From Corallococcus exiguus (lineage in GTDB: Bacteria > Myxococcota > Myxococcia > Myxococcales > Myxococcaceae): a DNA stretch of 64,000 bases. The stretch lies in NCBI RefSeq assembly GCF_013248865.1, contig NZ_JABNNF010000018.1; one strand, 5' to 3'. This document shows, in pieces, positions 10,099-19,702 of the stretch (the first letter of the stretch is position 1; the number at the start of each line of letters is the position of its first letter). A model generated the notes under the pieces. It was not told the DNA's origin. It did no database searches and saw nothing but the letters and a program-made list of their open reading frames with translations. The position numbers and the translations under genes are program-made.

Positions 10099-11628
10099 GT
10101 GCGAACCGGATTGAAGCGGTGGTGGGAGCTGGGCCAGGTGGCCCGTGCCTCCACGCGTCTGCGGCGGGGGTCCCGGCCCCAGGACGTGGAGCGCGCGCGG
10201 CAGGAGCTGACCGAGCGTCTCCTCGGACTGCGGGGCCTGCCCCAGAAGGTGGGGCAGGTGCTCACGCTCGCGGAGCTGGGCGCGGACACGCCGGGGTTCG
10301 GTTCGCTCGCGGAGGCGCCCTCCCCGCTCGACCCGGAGGCCGCGCTGGCGGAGGTGTCCCGCCGGTTGGGCCGTCCGTGGCGGGAGGTGTTCAAGTCGCT
10401 GGAGGGCACGGGCATCGCCGCGTCGCTGGGCCAGGTGCACCGGGGCGTGCTGCATGACGGGCGCACCGTGGCCGTGAAGCTGCGGCACCCGGGCATCGCG
10501 GAGGCCGTGCGGGATGATTTGCGGGCGCTGGGGTGGCTGGCCGCCCCGTTGGGAGGCTGGCGCGGGAAGCTGGACCTGTCCGCCTACCGCCACGAGCTGG
10601 CCCGCATGCTCCAGGGCGAGCTGGACTATCGCCACGAGGCCCAGGCCCTGCAGGACGCGGGCACTCGCATGGCGGAGGTGCCGGGCGTCGTCATCCCCGT
10701 ACCGGTGGATGAGCTCACGCGGGAAGACCTGCTGGTGATGACGTGGGTGGAGGGCGAGTCGCTCGCGGAGGGCTGGCGCTGGAGCGAAGCGGACCGCCGC
10801 GCGCTGTCCACGACGCTGGTGCGCCTGTTCCTCCACGGCTGCTTCACGTGGGGCGCGCTCCACGCGGATCCGCACCCGGGCAACTACCGCGTGTCGCGGG
10901 GAGCGGACGGCAAGCCCGTGCTGGGAGTGCTCGACTTCGGCTGTGTGAAGCCACTGCCGCCGGAGCTGTCCGTGGGGCTGGGGCGGTTGATCTCGCTCCT
11001 CAAGTGTCCGAGCACTCCGCCGCGCCCGGATCAACTCCTGTCCGCGTGGGTGATGCTGGGCTTCGCGCCGGAGTTGCTGGAGCCCATGGCGGAGACACTG
11101 CCCGCCGTCAGCCGCGTGCTGCTGGAGCCCTTCCTCCTGGACCGTCCCTTCCACGCGCGAAGCTGGCGGCTGGGCGAGCGGCTCACCGAGGCGCTGGGGC
11201 CGCACCGCTGGAACTTCCGCGCTGCGGGGCCCGCGTCGCTCCTGTTCGTCCTGCGCGCGTTCCATGGACTGGTGCGCCACCTGGACGTGCTGGATGCGCC
11301 CATCGCCTGGGGACCCCTCCTGGATGAGGCCCGCGCGCCTTCGCTACTACCTCCGCCATCGCCGCCGGCGGCTCCCGTGGAGGGCACCGCGCGCTACCTG
11401 AAGGTCCAGGTGACGGAAGGAGGGCGCACGCGCGTCGCGCTCACCTTCCGCGCGGACGTGACGGCGCACCTGGAGGATCTGCTGCCGGAGGACCTGCCTC
11501 GCAAGCTGGCGGCGCGGGGCGTGGATCCTGCGGCCATTGGTATCGCGGCGGTCGCGGCGGGTCTGCGGCCGTCGGAGTTGTTCCACCTGGATGAGGGCCG
11601 CCGGCGTGTCCGGGTCTGGCTCGAATGA
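10099..11628 (+). CDS. ABC1/UbiB (ADCK) family atypical kinase with about 100 aa of unknown C-terminal domain, encoded inside the che operon
   Basis: 'GIAASLGQVHRGVLHDGRTVAVKLRHPGIAEAVRDDL', 'HADPHPGNY', 'LDFGCV'. GTG start 34 bp after the mcp stop. Confidence 0.75.
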   Translation: MRTGLKRWWELGQVARASTRLRRGSRPQDVERARQELTERLLGLRGLPQKVGQVLTLAELGADTPGFGSLAEAPSPLDPEAALAEVSRRLGRPWREVFKSLEGTGIAASLGQVHRGVLHDGRTVAVKLRHPGIAEAVRDDLRALGWLAAPLGGWRGKLDLSAYRHELARMLQGELDYRHEAQALQDAGTRMAEVPGVVIPVPVDELTREDLLVMTWVEGESLAEGWRWSEADRRALSTTLVRLFLHGCFTWGALHADPHPGNYRVSRGADGKPVLGVLDFGCVKPLPPELSVGLGRLISLLKCPSTPPRPDQLLSAWVMLGFAPELLEPMAETLPAVSRVLLEPFLLDRPFHARSWRLGERLTEALGPHRWNFRAAGPASLLFVLRAFHGLVRHLDVLDAPIAWGPLLDEARAPSLLPPPSPPAAPVEGTARYLKVQVTEGGRTRVALTFRADVTAHLEDLLPEDLPRKLAARGVDPAAIGIAAVAAGLRPSELFHLDEGRRRVRVWLE

Positions 11629-11650
11629 AACACGGACAAGGAGGTGACGG

Positions 11651-11986
11651 ATGGTCACCATCGGCATGAACTACGAAGTGCGTGAGGGCAAGGCGGACGC
11701 CTTCGAGCGGAAGTTCGCGCTCGTGCTGGAGGCGATGCGCAAGCTGCCGACGCACGCTCACACGGAGCTGTTCAAGAGCGTGGGAGCGCCGGGGCGCTAC
11801 CTCATCGTCTCCGAGTGGCACAGCCGCGAGGGCTTCGACGCCTTCGTCGCGTCCGAGGCCTTCCACCGCGTGACGGACTGGGGCGCCAGCGCCATCCTCG
11901 CGAGCCGGCCGCGCCACGAGGTGTATGGAGAGCGGGCCGCCAGCGCCCCAGCGGGCCGCTGCCCGGTCGCGCACGCGGCGCGGTGA
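11651..11986 (+). CDS. Antibiotic-biosynthesis-monooxygenase (ABM) fold protein
   Basis: About 110 aa, 'MVTIGMNYEVREGKADAFERKF...YLIVSEWHSREGFDAFVASEAF'. Lies between the kinase and cheB. Confidence 0.55.
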   Translation: MVTIGMNYEVREGKADAFERKFALVLEAMRKLPTHAHTELFKSVGAPGRYLIVSEWHSREGFDAFVASEAFHRVTDWGASAILASRPRHEVYGERAASAPAGRCPVAHAAR

Positions 11987-11997
11987 AGCGGGTGCGA

Positions 11998-13062
11998 ATG
12001 AACGCCATCCGGGTCCTCGTGGTCGACGACGCGGCCGTGGTGCGGCGTCAGGTGTCGCTGCTGCTGGGCGCGGCTCCGGGCCTGGAGGTCGTCGCCACCG
12101 CGCCCAATGGCCGCATCGCCCTGGCGAAGGTGGAGCAGTTCCAGCCGGACGTCGTGCTGTTGGACCTGGAGATGCCGGAGCTGGACGGGCTGGAGACGCT
12201 GAAGCTCTTGCGCCAACGTGCCCCGGAGTTGCCCGTGGTGATGTTCAGCGCGCTCACCGAACGCGCGGGTGTGTTGACCCTGGAGGCGCTCGCGCTGGGG
12301 GCCCGCGACTACGTGACGAAGCCCACGTCCGCGGGCGGGATGAACATCACCGTGGAGGCCGTGCGGGACGAACTGGTGCGCAAGCTGAAGGCGCTGAACG
12401 TGCGCACGCCGTCCGCGACGCCCTCGCCTCCACTGGTGACGCGCGAGCCGCAGCCCAGGCCGCGAGTGCCCGCGCGGGTGGAGGCCATCGTCGTCGGCGC
12501 GTCCACGGGAGGCCCGGGCGCGCTGGTGCGCCTGGTGTCCGCGCTGCCGGCGGACCTGCCGGTGCCGGTGTTCATCGTGCAGCACATGCCGCCCCTCTTC
12601 ACCCGGCTGCTCGCGGAGCGGTTGCAGGGCGTGACGCCGCTCACCGTGCGTGAGGCGGTGACGGGCGCATCCGTGAATGCGGGCGAGGTGTGGGTCGCTC
12701 CCGGCGACTTCCACCTGGCCGTGTGCCGGGATGCGACGGGCGTGCGGCTGCTCACGCATCAGGGACCGGCGGAGAACGCGTGCCGTCCGGCGGTGGACCT
12801 GCTCTTCCGCTCCGCGGCGGAGGTGTACGGCGCGGGGGTGCTGGCGGTGGTGCTCACCGGCATGGGCCAGGACGGGCTGCGCGGCTGCCGGAGGGTGAAC
12901 GAGGCAGGCGGTCAGGTGGTGGTGCAGGACCAGGCCAGCTGCGTCGTCGGCAGCATGCCGGGTGCGGTGGAACAGGCGGGGCTCGCGGATGCCGTGGTGC
13001 CCCTGGAGGCGCTGGCCCTGGAGCTGGCGCGGCGCGTGGATCCGCGCGGACGGAGGACTTGA
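11998..13062 (+). CDS. cheB: Protein-glutamate methylesterase CheB (receiver plus methylesterase)
   Basis: Receiver 'IRVLVVDDAAVVRR...DVVLLDLEMPELDG'. Esterase 'VGASTGGPGAL', 'FIVQHMPPLFT'. Confidence 0.9.
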   Translation: MNAIRVLVVDDAAVVRRQVSLLLGAAPGLEVVATAPNGRIALAKVEQFQPDVVLLDLEMPELDGLETLKLLRQRAPELPVVMFSALTERAGVLTLEALALGARDYVTKPTSAGGMNITVEAVRDELVRKLKALNVRTPSATPSPPLVTREPQPRPRVPARVEAIVVGASTGGPGALVRLVSALPADLPVPVFIVQHMPPLFTRLLAERLQGVTPLTVREAVTGASVNAGEVWVAPGDFHLAVCRDATGVRLLTHQGPAENACRPAVDLLFRSAAEVYGAGVLAVVLTGMGQDGLRGCRRVNEAGGQVVVQDQASCVVGSMPGAVEQAGLADAVVPLEALALELARRVDPRGRRT

Positions 13063-13064
13063 AC

Positions 13065-13955
13065 ATGTCCCTGCTTCCCGACGACTTCGCGTACCTGCGG
13101 CAGCGCGTGCTGCGCCGCTCCGGGCTCGTGCTGGAGTCCGACACGTACGCGCTGGTGGAGACGCGGCTCACGCCCCTCATGCGCGAGGAACGGCTGCCGG
13201 ACCTCTCCTCCCTGGTGTCGCGGTTGCGCTCGCAGCCAGAGGGCAGTCCGCTGCACCAGCGCCTGGCGGAAGCGCTGGCCAACCACGAGACGGCTTTCTT
13301 CCGCGACGCGCCCGTCTTCGACGCCCTGCGCACCACGGTGCTGCCCACGCTGCTGGCCAGGCGCGTCCGCACGAGGACGCTGCGCATCTGGTGCGCGGCG
13401 TGTGCCTACGGTCAGGAGCCCTACAGCGTCGCGATGACGCTGGCCGAGGCCGGACTGCTCATCACCGGATGGACGGTGCGCATCCTCGCCACGGACTTCT
13501 CCACCCGCGCCATCGTCCGCGCCTGCGAGGCCCGCTACGACTCGAAGGAGATTCACCGGGGCCTGACGCCCGAACTGCGCCAGCGCTACTTCCACCAGGA
13601 GCGCGACGGGTGGCGGCTGAGTGAACAGGTGCGCAAGCCGGTGGAGTTCCGGCCGCTCAACCTGATGGAGGACTTCCCGCTGGAAGCGCCCGTGGATCTC
13701 GTCTTCCTGCGCAACGTGATGATCTACTGGGACGCGCCCACCCGGCGCGCGGTGCTCGCCCGCGTGCGGCGGATGATCCACGCGGACGGCTACCTGGTGC
13801 TGGGCGCCGCGGAGGCCTCGCCCCTGGTGGAGGACGGCTTCACGCGGCACCTGATTGGTCAGGCGAGCTGGTACCGCCCCACGCCCGCCTCGACTGGCGT
13901 CGGCACGCCCGTGGAGGACGCGCGGCGCTCGCCCCGCTCCGGCGCTACACCTTGA
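13065..13955 (+). CDS. cheR: Chemotaxis methyltransferase CheR
   Basis: 'ETAFFRD', 'RIWCAACAYGQEPYSVAM', 'VFLRNVMIYWD'. Starts 2 nt after the cheB stop. Confidence 0.9.
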   Translation: MSLLPDDFAYLRQRVLRRSGLVLESDTYALVETRLTPLMREERLPDLSSLVSRLRSQPEGSPLHQRLAEALANHETAFFRDAPVFDALRTTVLPTLLARRVRTRTLRIWCAACAYGQEPYSVAMTLAEAGLLITGWTVRILATDFSTRAIVRACEARYDSKEIHRGLTPELRQRYFHQERDGWRLSEQVRKPVEFRPLNLMEDFPLEAPVDLVFLRNVMIYWDAPTRRAVLARVRRMIHADGYLVLGAAEASPLVEDGFTRHLIGQASWYRPTPASTGVGTPVEDARRSPRSGATP

Positions 13956-14865
13956 GGCGGATGGCGCCCGGCAACAGCGTCATGGTGCAAGGCAGCCGGC
14001 CCGGCGTCTCGCCGTCCACGTCCAGGAACACGTCGCCCGTCAGCGACTCGGCGTGGATGGTGCGGCAGCGCAGCCGCCGCGTGCCCTTCCAGGTGACGTG
14101 GTCGCCGTTGTAGACGCCCTTGGACTTGAGGACGAAGTCGGACAGGCCGTAGTTGGACCAGATGGTGACGTCGAAGAGGCCGTCGTGCGTCACCGCGTCG
14201 GGCGCCACGAACATGCCGCTGCCGAAGTAGCGGCCGTTGGCCACGGCCACCGCGGTGACGCTCACCGTCTCCGGCTCGCCGCCGTCCACCGTGAGGCGCA
14301 CCTGCTGCTCCTGGTACTTGATGAGGCCCTTCACGGTGCCCCACATGAAGCTCAGGTTGCCGCCCAGCGCCTTGCTGCCCTGGTTCACCTCGCGGGCCAC
14401 CACCGCGCTCACGCCGAACGAGGCGATGTTGGCGAAGAAGCGCGTGGCCGGCTTGCCGTCGTTGTCGGTGAACTCCAGCCGCCCCACGTCGAAGGGCTCG
14501 GTGGTTTCCGTGCGCAGCCGCTCCAGCGCGGACGTCAGCTCCAGGTCCCACCCGAAGGTGCGGCGGAAGTCGCCGCCCGTGCCTCGGGGCAACAGGCCCA
14601 GCGTGGCCCGGGGGTTGATGACCTGTCCGTCGCGGAAGAAGCCGTTGGTGACCTCGTTGAGGGTGCCGTCGCCGCCCACCGCGACGATGCACTCAAAACC
14701 GTCATCGATGGCCTGCTGCGCCAGACGCGCCGCATCCATGCCGCCGCTGGTGAAGCCGTACCCGAAGTCGCCGAGCACCTTGCCCACCTGCGCGGAGATC
14801 TCCACCCATCGCTTCCCCGTCTGCCCGTTGGCGCTGCGCGGGTTGACCACGAGGAACGTCTTCAT
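13945..14865 (-). CDS. Diacylglycerol/lipid kinase (DAGK_cat, YegS/BmrU-like)
   Basis: 'MKTFLVVNPRSANG...FECIVAVGGDGTLNEV...LGLLPRGTGGDF'. Convergent with cheR with an 11-nt overlap. Confidence 0.75.
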   Translation of the reverse strand: MKTFLVVNPRSANGQTGKRWVEISAQVGKVLGDFGYGFTSGGMDAARLAQQAIDDGFECIVAVGGDGTLNEVTNGFFRDGQVINPRATLGLLPRGTGGDFRRTFGWDLELTSALERLRTETTEPFDVGRLEFTDNDGKPATRFFANIASFGVSAVVAREVNQGSKALGGNLSFMWGTVKGLIKYQEQQVRLTVDGGEPETVSVTAVAVANGRYFGSGMFVAPDAVTHDGLFDVTIWSNYGLSDFVLKSKGVYNGDHVTWKGTRRLRCRTIHAESLTGDVFLDVDGETPGRLPCTMTLLPGAIRLKV

Positions 14866-15022
14866 TCAGTGCCTTCTCCCTGCTGCGAGAACGACCTGTT
14901 TACGCAATTGTGAGCCAAGGCTCCACTCCGTGACCCACGGGAGGGCCTTATCGCCCGGGGTGTTTGTCACCCGGCCCCGGCCATGCTGGGCTCTCCGCCC
15001 CCCATTTCGTCCCGGATCCCGA

Positions 15023-15700
15023 GTGAATGCCCCGTCCTCCACCGAGCAGCTCGCGCCCCACCGGGAGGCCACACTCGCCCTGGACTGGGCGCTGCCCGCG
15101 CTCCGGGCGGACCTGACGGCGGCGGCGCGCCAGCCCTTCCGGGAGACAGGGGCCCAGGAGGACTTCCTGCACCGTCATGACGCACCGGCCCATGAAACCC
15201 AGGGAACGGCGCGGACGGAGCGCTTCGAACGGGCCCTGGACCGGGTGCGGCGGCTCGCGGACATGGGCGAGCCGCTGACCTTCGCCCGGATGGTGGAGGT
15301 CCAGGTGGAGCTCCTGGGCGCGCCCACGGGCTTTCGCACCGGGGACGCCTTCGCGCGCGGTGGCGAGCACCGCTATGCGCAAGCGCCCGGCCTGGAGGCG
15401 GCCTTCCGCGACAAGGTGGAAGCGGACGCACGGGAAAAACGTCATCCCGTGGCGCATGCCACGCGGTTGTATCTGGACCTCTGTTTCTTCCACCCCTTCC
15501 CTGACGGCAACGCCCGCGCGGCAAGGCTGTGGCTGGAATACATGCTGCGCCGGGGCCGGCTGCCCACGCCACCGCTGGCGCCCGTGGTGCTGTGGCCCAA
15601 GCGCCCGGGGGACGCGGTGAACTACACACGGCTGGCGAGGCTGCTGGCCCGGACCATCGCGGGGTCGGACGCCCCGTGCCGCAACGAGGTGCCCGAATGA
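15023..15700 (+). CDS. Fic/Doc family protein (start uncertain; the in-frame GTG at 15023 is a guess)
   Basis: Fic motif 'HPFPDGNARAARLWLEYMLRR' (HxFx(D/E)GN(G/A)R). The stop overlaps the next start (ATGA). Confidence 0.65.
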   Translation: MNAPSSTEQLAPHREATLALDWALPALRADLTAAARQPFRETGAQEDFLHRHDAPAHETQGTARTERFERALDRVRRLADMGEPLTFARMVEVQVELLGAPTGFRTGDAFARGGEHRYAQAPGLEAAFRDKVEADAREKRHPVAHATRLYLDLCFFHPFPDGNARAARLWLEYMLRRGRLPTPPLAPVVLWPKRPGDAVNYTRLARLLARTIAGSDAPCRNEVPE

Positions 15701-16362
15701 GCAGTGACGCTTCGGCTTTCACGTGGCGCCGCATCCGCGACAGCCTGGATGCCTACGCACCGCAAGCGCTGGCGTCCCGGCTGAGGGATTCCTTGGCCCC
15801 CCTTCGGTCCGGAAGCATCCACGCAAGCCGGCTCAAGCAGGCGCAGAACGCCGTGAAGGACCTGCTCCAGGCCGAGCTGGGGCCCTGGTACATCGAGAGC
15901 GGCCTGCCCCTGGGCAATGAAGTGCTGGGGGGCTATTGCTGGTGTCACTCGTTCTTCAACCAGAACCCGCCGCATCGGACGATGGACGTGGATGCGAACA
16001 TCCAGCTCATGCTGGAGGCGCTGGAGCGGATCCGTTCGTTTCTGTACGCGCTGGACGGCGTGTATCAGGGCGCGCGGCGTCAGCTCGAGTTGGCGGCCGA
16101 CGACAAGGCTCTCCGGGCGAAGGCGCTCGCGGAGGGGCTGGTGCGGACCGTGGACCTGACGGCGGAGACGACGTCCTGCGAGGAGACCTGGTACCAGGTC
16201 GCGCAGGACGCCATGTCGTGGTGCATCGAGGCGATGGGACTGCCCTTGTCGGATGCCACGCAGGAGCAGTTGGACACAGCCTTCAACTTCACGTCCTGGA
16301 TCGCGCCGCCCCCGGAGGTCCTCCGCGACGCCGCGGCGCGGGTGGCGGAGGTGGCCGTATGA
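15697..16362 (+). CDS. Hypothetical protein, paralog A of a tandem pair downstream of Fic
   Basis: 221 aa. Shared motifs 'LGPWYIESGLPLGNEVLGGYCWCHSFF', 'TSCEETWYQVAQDAMSW'. ATGA coupling on both sides. Confidence 0.55.
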   Translation: MSSDASAFTWRRIRDSLDAYAPQALASRLRDSLAPLRSGSIHASRLKQAQNAVKDLLQAELGPWYIESGLPLGNEVLGGYCWCHSFFNQNPPHRTMDVDANIQLMLEALERIRSFLYALDGVYQGARRQLELAADDKALRAKALAEGLVRTVDLTAETTSCEETWYQVAQDAMSWCIEAMGLPLSDATQEQLDTAFNFTSWIAPPPEVLRDAAARVAEVAV

Positions 16363-17054
16363 GCAGGTCGGCCCTGGGGCATTGGCTGCGCATCCGCGAC
16401 AACCTGGACGAGTATGAGCCGGAGAAGCTCATCCGGTTGCTGCGCGAATACCTGGCGCCGCGCGTGCCCCCGGGGACGCGCAAGCTCACGGACGAGCAGC
16501 ACGACACGATGGCGAAGCACATCCAGCGGATGCTCAACCAGAACCTGGGGCCCTGGTACACGGAGACGGGTCTGTATCTGGGCAATGAGAGCTTCGGCGG
16601 CTACTGCTGGTGCCACCGCTTCTTCAGACAGAAGCCCACCCCGAACATGAGCGTGGAATACAACATCCAGCTCATCATCAACGCGCTCGAGCAGTCGCGC
16701 GAATGGCTGTTCAAGCTGGATACCCACTTCCAGGCGCTGAAGCGGGACCTGCCGTCCGGCCCCGGCGACAATGACATCCGGACGCTGGCGTTGGCGGATG
16801 GACTCGTCACCACGATGAACCTCACCATGGACGCCACGGGCTGCGAGGAGTCCTGGTACACCTTCGCGGACGAAGCGCTGTCCTGGATGTTCGACGCCAT
16901 CGAACTGCGCCCCGGCTATCAGGCCGGGAAGCTGATGCGGAAGCTGTTCGCCTTCGAGTCCTGGCACTCGCCACCGGAGGCGGAGCTACGCGACTCGGCG
17001 GAGAAGGTGGCGGCGGCCGTCGTGGAAGACGAGGGCCGCCGGCACACGCACTAA
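16359..17054 (+). CDS. Hypothetical protein, paralog B (about 30-35% identical to paralog A by eye)
   Basis: 'LGPWYTETGLYLGNESFGGYCWCHRFF', 'TGCEESWYTFADEALSW'. ATGA overlap with paralog A. Confidence 0.55.
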   Translation: MSRSALGHWLRIRDNLDEYEPEKLIRLLREYLAPRVPPGTRKLTDEQHDTMAKHIQRMLNQNLGPWYTETGLYLGNESFGGYCWCHRFFRQKPTPNMSVEYNIQLIINALEQSREWLFKLDTHFQALKRDLPSGPGDNDIRTLALADGLVTTMNLTMDATGCEESWYTFADEALSWMFDAIELRPGYQAGKLMRKLFAFESWHSPPEAELRDSAEKVAAAVVEDEGRRHTH

Positions 17055-17070
17055 TCCGCGCGCCCCTCCC

Positions 17071-17739
17071 TCAGTGGATGGGCTTGCCGCGCGTCATCCG
17101 CCGGGCCTGCTCGCGCGAGCCTCCCTTCACCTCGATGCGCTTGCCCTGGGGCAGCGCCTCCGGAAGCCTCAGGGAGACCTCCAGGACGCCGTTCTCGAAG
17201 TTCGCCTGGATCGACTCCGTGTCGATGCCTTCCGGAAGCGGGATGACGCGGCGGAACAGGCCGGTGCTGCGCTCCAGGCTCCAGATGCCCTCGGCCTCCT
17301 CTTCCTCCTCCAGTTCGAAGGAGCGTTCGCCTTCGATGACGAGCAGGTCCTTCAGCACCTCGACGTGGATGTCCTCCCGCCGCATTCCTGGCAGGTCGGC
17401 CTTCACGATGAGGTTTCCGTTCCGCTCCAGCACGTCCACCTGCGGTGACCAGAGGCCCTCGTCCAGCAGGCCGCTCCGGGCGGTGAGGCCCCGGCCTCCG
17501 AAGCCGGAGACGAGCTGGTCCATGTCCTCCATCATCCGGCGCAGCAGCCCGAACGGACTCACGGGCGCGGCTTCCCTGCCGATGGCCGGTGCCTGCGACT
17601 CGCGGCGGCTGATGCCAGCGCCCGTCCTCGGGTCCTGTCCCGGCGAGGTGGCGCTCGGCACCTCGGTCTGGGCGTTCTTGATGACGGGCGAGGAGGAGGG
17701 TCCCCCCTGCGCGCCTGGGTTCCTGTTGTCGGTTGCCAT
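17071..17739 (-). CDS. Hsp20/alpha-crystallin family small heat shock protein
   Basis: 'WSPQVDVLERNGNLIVKADLPGMRREDIHVEV...GVLEVSLRLPE'. Confidence 0.8.
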   Translation of the reverse strand: MATDNRNPGAQGGPSSSPVIKNAQTEVPSATSPGQDPRTGAGISRRESQAPAIGREAAPVSPFGLLRRMMEDMDQLVSGFGGRGLTARSGLLDEGLWSPQVDVLERNGNLIVKADLPGMRREDIHVEVLKDLLVIEGERSFELEEEEEAEGIWSLERSTGLFRRVIPLPEGIDTESIQANFENGVLEVSLRLPEALPQGKRIEVKGGSREQARRMTRGKPIH

Positions 17740-17893
17740 GACGTCCTCCCCCGGTGGAGCCGGCTGGCAACTGGCCGCCAGACCGCACCGGTCACTCAAG
17801 CGGGGATGGAATCATCCCAACCTCGAACCTGGAGGTGCGCGGCGAGGCCATCAAGGGGCCCGGCACCGCGGTCCGTCATGCGCGTGAGCCTCG

Positions 17894-18781
17894 CTATGCG
17901 AGCAGCGTGGCGTCCATCACGGTGAGGGCCACTCCACCGACGCGGGCGCGCTCGATGTGGCCTGGTCGGCCGGTGACCTGGATGTCGATGCGGCCCGGCT
18001 TGCCGAGCGTGTCGCCCTGTTCGATGCGACTCGACACCGTGCCGCCGTGCTCCGGCAGGCGAAGGCTCCCGTGCTCGGCGAGCCAGGCCGCGAGCGGTCC
18101 CGCGGCGGAGCCCGTCACGGGGTCCTCCAGGATGCCGAAGCCCGGGACGAAGTAGCGCGCCTGGGCCACGCTCCCTTCCTCCTTCGCTTCGCGGGTGAAG
18201 AGGTAGACGCCGCGCAAGCCGTGCGGCATCAGCAGCGCGTTCATCGCCGCGCCTCGCGGCGTCAGGGCCTCCAGGTCCGCGAGCCGCCGGAGGGGTACCA
18301 CCAGCCGGTGGCCCTGGCGGATGACCGGCAGTGACGCGTCCACCTGCGACGCGGTCCCGCCCATCGTGGCCATCAGCGCGTCCAGGGCCACGGGGTTGGG
18401 CTGCGCGGGCGGCGGGGGCGTGGCGATCCACACCCGAGTCCCACGCGTGCCCTGGGGCTCCAGCTCGATGCCGAACGTGCCGCCGGGGCACTCCAGCGTG
18501 TACGTCCCCGGGCTTCGCAGGAGCCCCTTCTCCGCGAGCAGGTGGAAGGTGGCCACCGTGGCATGGCCGCAGAAGGGAATCTCGTCCACGGGCGTGAAGT
18601 AGCGCAGGCGCACGGTGGCGTCACCGGGCCGGGACAGCAGGAACGCGGTCTCCGACGCGCTGACGGCCGCGGCGGTCCGCTGCATCGTGGGGACATCCAG
18701 CGCCGAGGCGTCGAGCACCACGCCCGCGCGATTTCCCGCACCGGCGGTGCGGGTGAAGGCATCGATGATGTGAACCTGCAT
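17894..18781 (-). CDS. PhzF-family (phenazine biosynthesis-like) isomerase
   Basis: 'MQVHIIDAFTRTAGAGNRAGVV...VDEIPFCGHATVATFHLL'. Only the C-terminal 296 aa of the 825-aa ORF are credible. Confidence 0.8.
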   Translation of the reverse strand: MQVHIIDAFTRTAGAGNRAGVVLDASALDVPTMQRTAAAVSASETAFLLSRPGDATVRLRYFTPVDEIPFCGHATVATFHLLAEKGLLRSPGTYTLECPGGTFGIELEPQGTRGTRVWIATPPPPAQPNPVALDALMATMGGTASQVDASLPVIRQGHRLVVPLRRLADLEALTPRGAAMNALLMPHGLRGVYLFTREAKEEGSVAQARYFVPGFGILEDPVTGSAAGPLAAWLAEHGSLRLPEHGGTVSSRIEQGDTLGKPGRIDIQVTGRPGHIERARVGGVALTVMDATLLA

Positions 18782-18925
18782 GGGCGGACTCCGGACAGGG
18801 GAAGGGCCTGGGAAACAGCGCAGGCATGCTCCGCCTGGACCGTTGGCGTCAAGCGCGGGACCGACGCACCGGAGCCCCCACAACAGGGTTGAACGAGAGC
18901 GCCGGAGCAGGCACAGCAAGGATGC

Positions 18926-19702
18926 ATGAATCTCCTGAAGTCGGGTGGGTGGGTGGTGCTGGTGGTGTTGCTCCACGCGAGCGGCGCGGCGGCACAGATC
19001 GTCAACGTGCAGGCGCTCTTCGACGAGAAGGCGGAGCCGGGGCCGGCCGCGGCCATCGAGTTGGGCGGCGACTGGCGCACGGGCAGCACGGAGCTGTTCT
19101 CCATTCGGGGCTCCCTGGTGGGCCAGCTGAGATCCGAGCGCGACGTCTGGCTGGGCGTCATCCGGGGTGAGTATTCGTTCGCCAGCGGCGAGCGCATCGT
19201 CAGCCAGGTGCTGGAGCACGTGCGCTACCGGCGCAAGCTCACGGACACGGTGTCGGGCGAGATCTTCGCGCAGCACGAATACAACGAGTTCCGCCGGCTC
19301 CAGCTCCGGATCCTGCTGGGCGCGGGACCGCGCTTCATCCTGCTCAACGAGGACCGCCTGGGGCTCACCTTCGGGGTGGCGCTGATGATGGAGCACGAGC
19401 GGCTGCGTAAGGACGGCGAGCCGGACGCGGGAGACCGCTACACGGATCCGCGAGTCTCCAGCTACCTGCTGGGACGGATAAAGCTGATGGAGAACATCAA
19501 CCTCGTGGAGACGGTCTACATCCAGCCGCGAGTCACCCGCCCCTCCGACCTGCGCGTGCTCAACGAGACGATCTTCGCGGTGACACCCAATCCCCGCGTC
19601 ACGGTGGGCATCGGCTTCAACCTCACCTACGACAGCGCGCCGCCCGCGACAGTGCCTGCCCTGGACACGCAGCTGCGCACCACGGTGGGTGTGAAGCTTT
19701 GA
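18926..19702 (+). CDS. Putative outer-membrane beta-barrel protein (DUF481-like)
   Basis: Signal peptide 'VVLVVLLHASGAAAQ'. Alternating-hydrophobic beta-strand pattern. About 250 aa. Confidence 0.4.
   Translation: MNLLKSGGWVVLVVLLHASGAAAQIVNVQALFDEKAEPGPAAAIELGGDWRTGSTELFSIRGSLVGQLRSERDVWLGVIRGEYSFASGERIVSQVLEHVRYRRKLTDTVSGEIFAQHEYNEFRRLQLRILLGAGPRFILLNEDRLGLTFGVALMMEHERLRKDGEPDAGDRYTDPRVSSYLLGRIKLMENINLVETVYIQPRVTRPSDLRVLNETIFAVTPNPRVTVGIGFNLTYDSAPPATVPALDTQLRTTVGVKL

Noticed and set aside
7489-11280. 1263-aa minus-strand ORF spanning cheW, mcp and the kinase
   Set aside because: Antisense to three genes with strong motifs. The translation is Arg/Gly/Pro-rich noise.
14237-15022. N-terminal 260 aa of the ORF containing Fic
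   Set aside because: Antisense to the lipid kinase gene. The Fic homology starts only near 15023.
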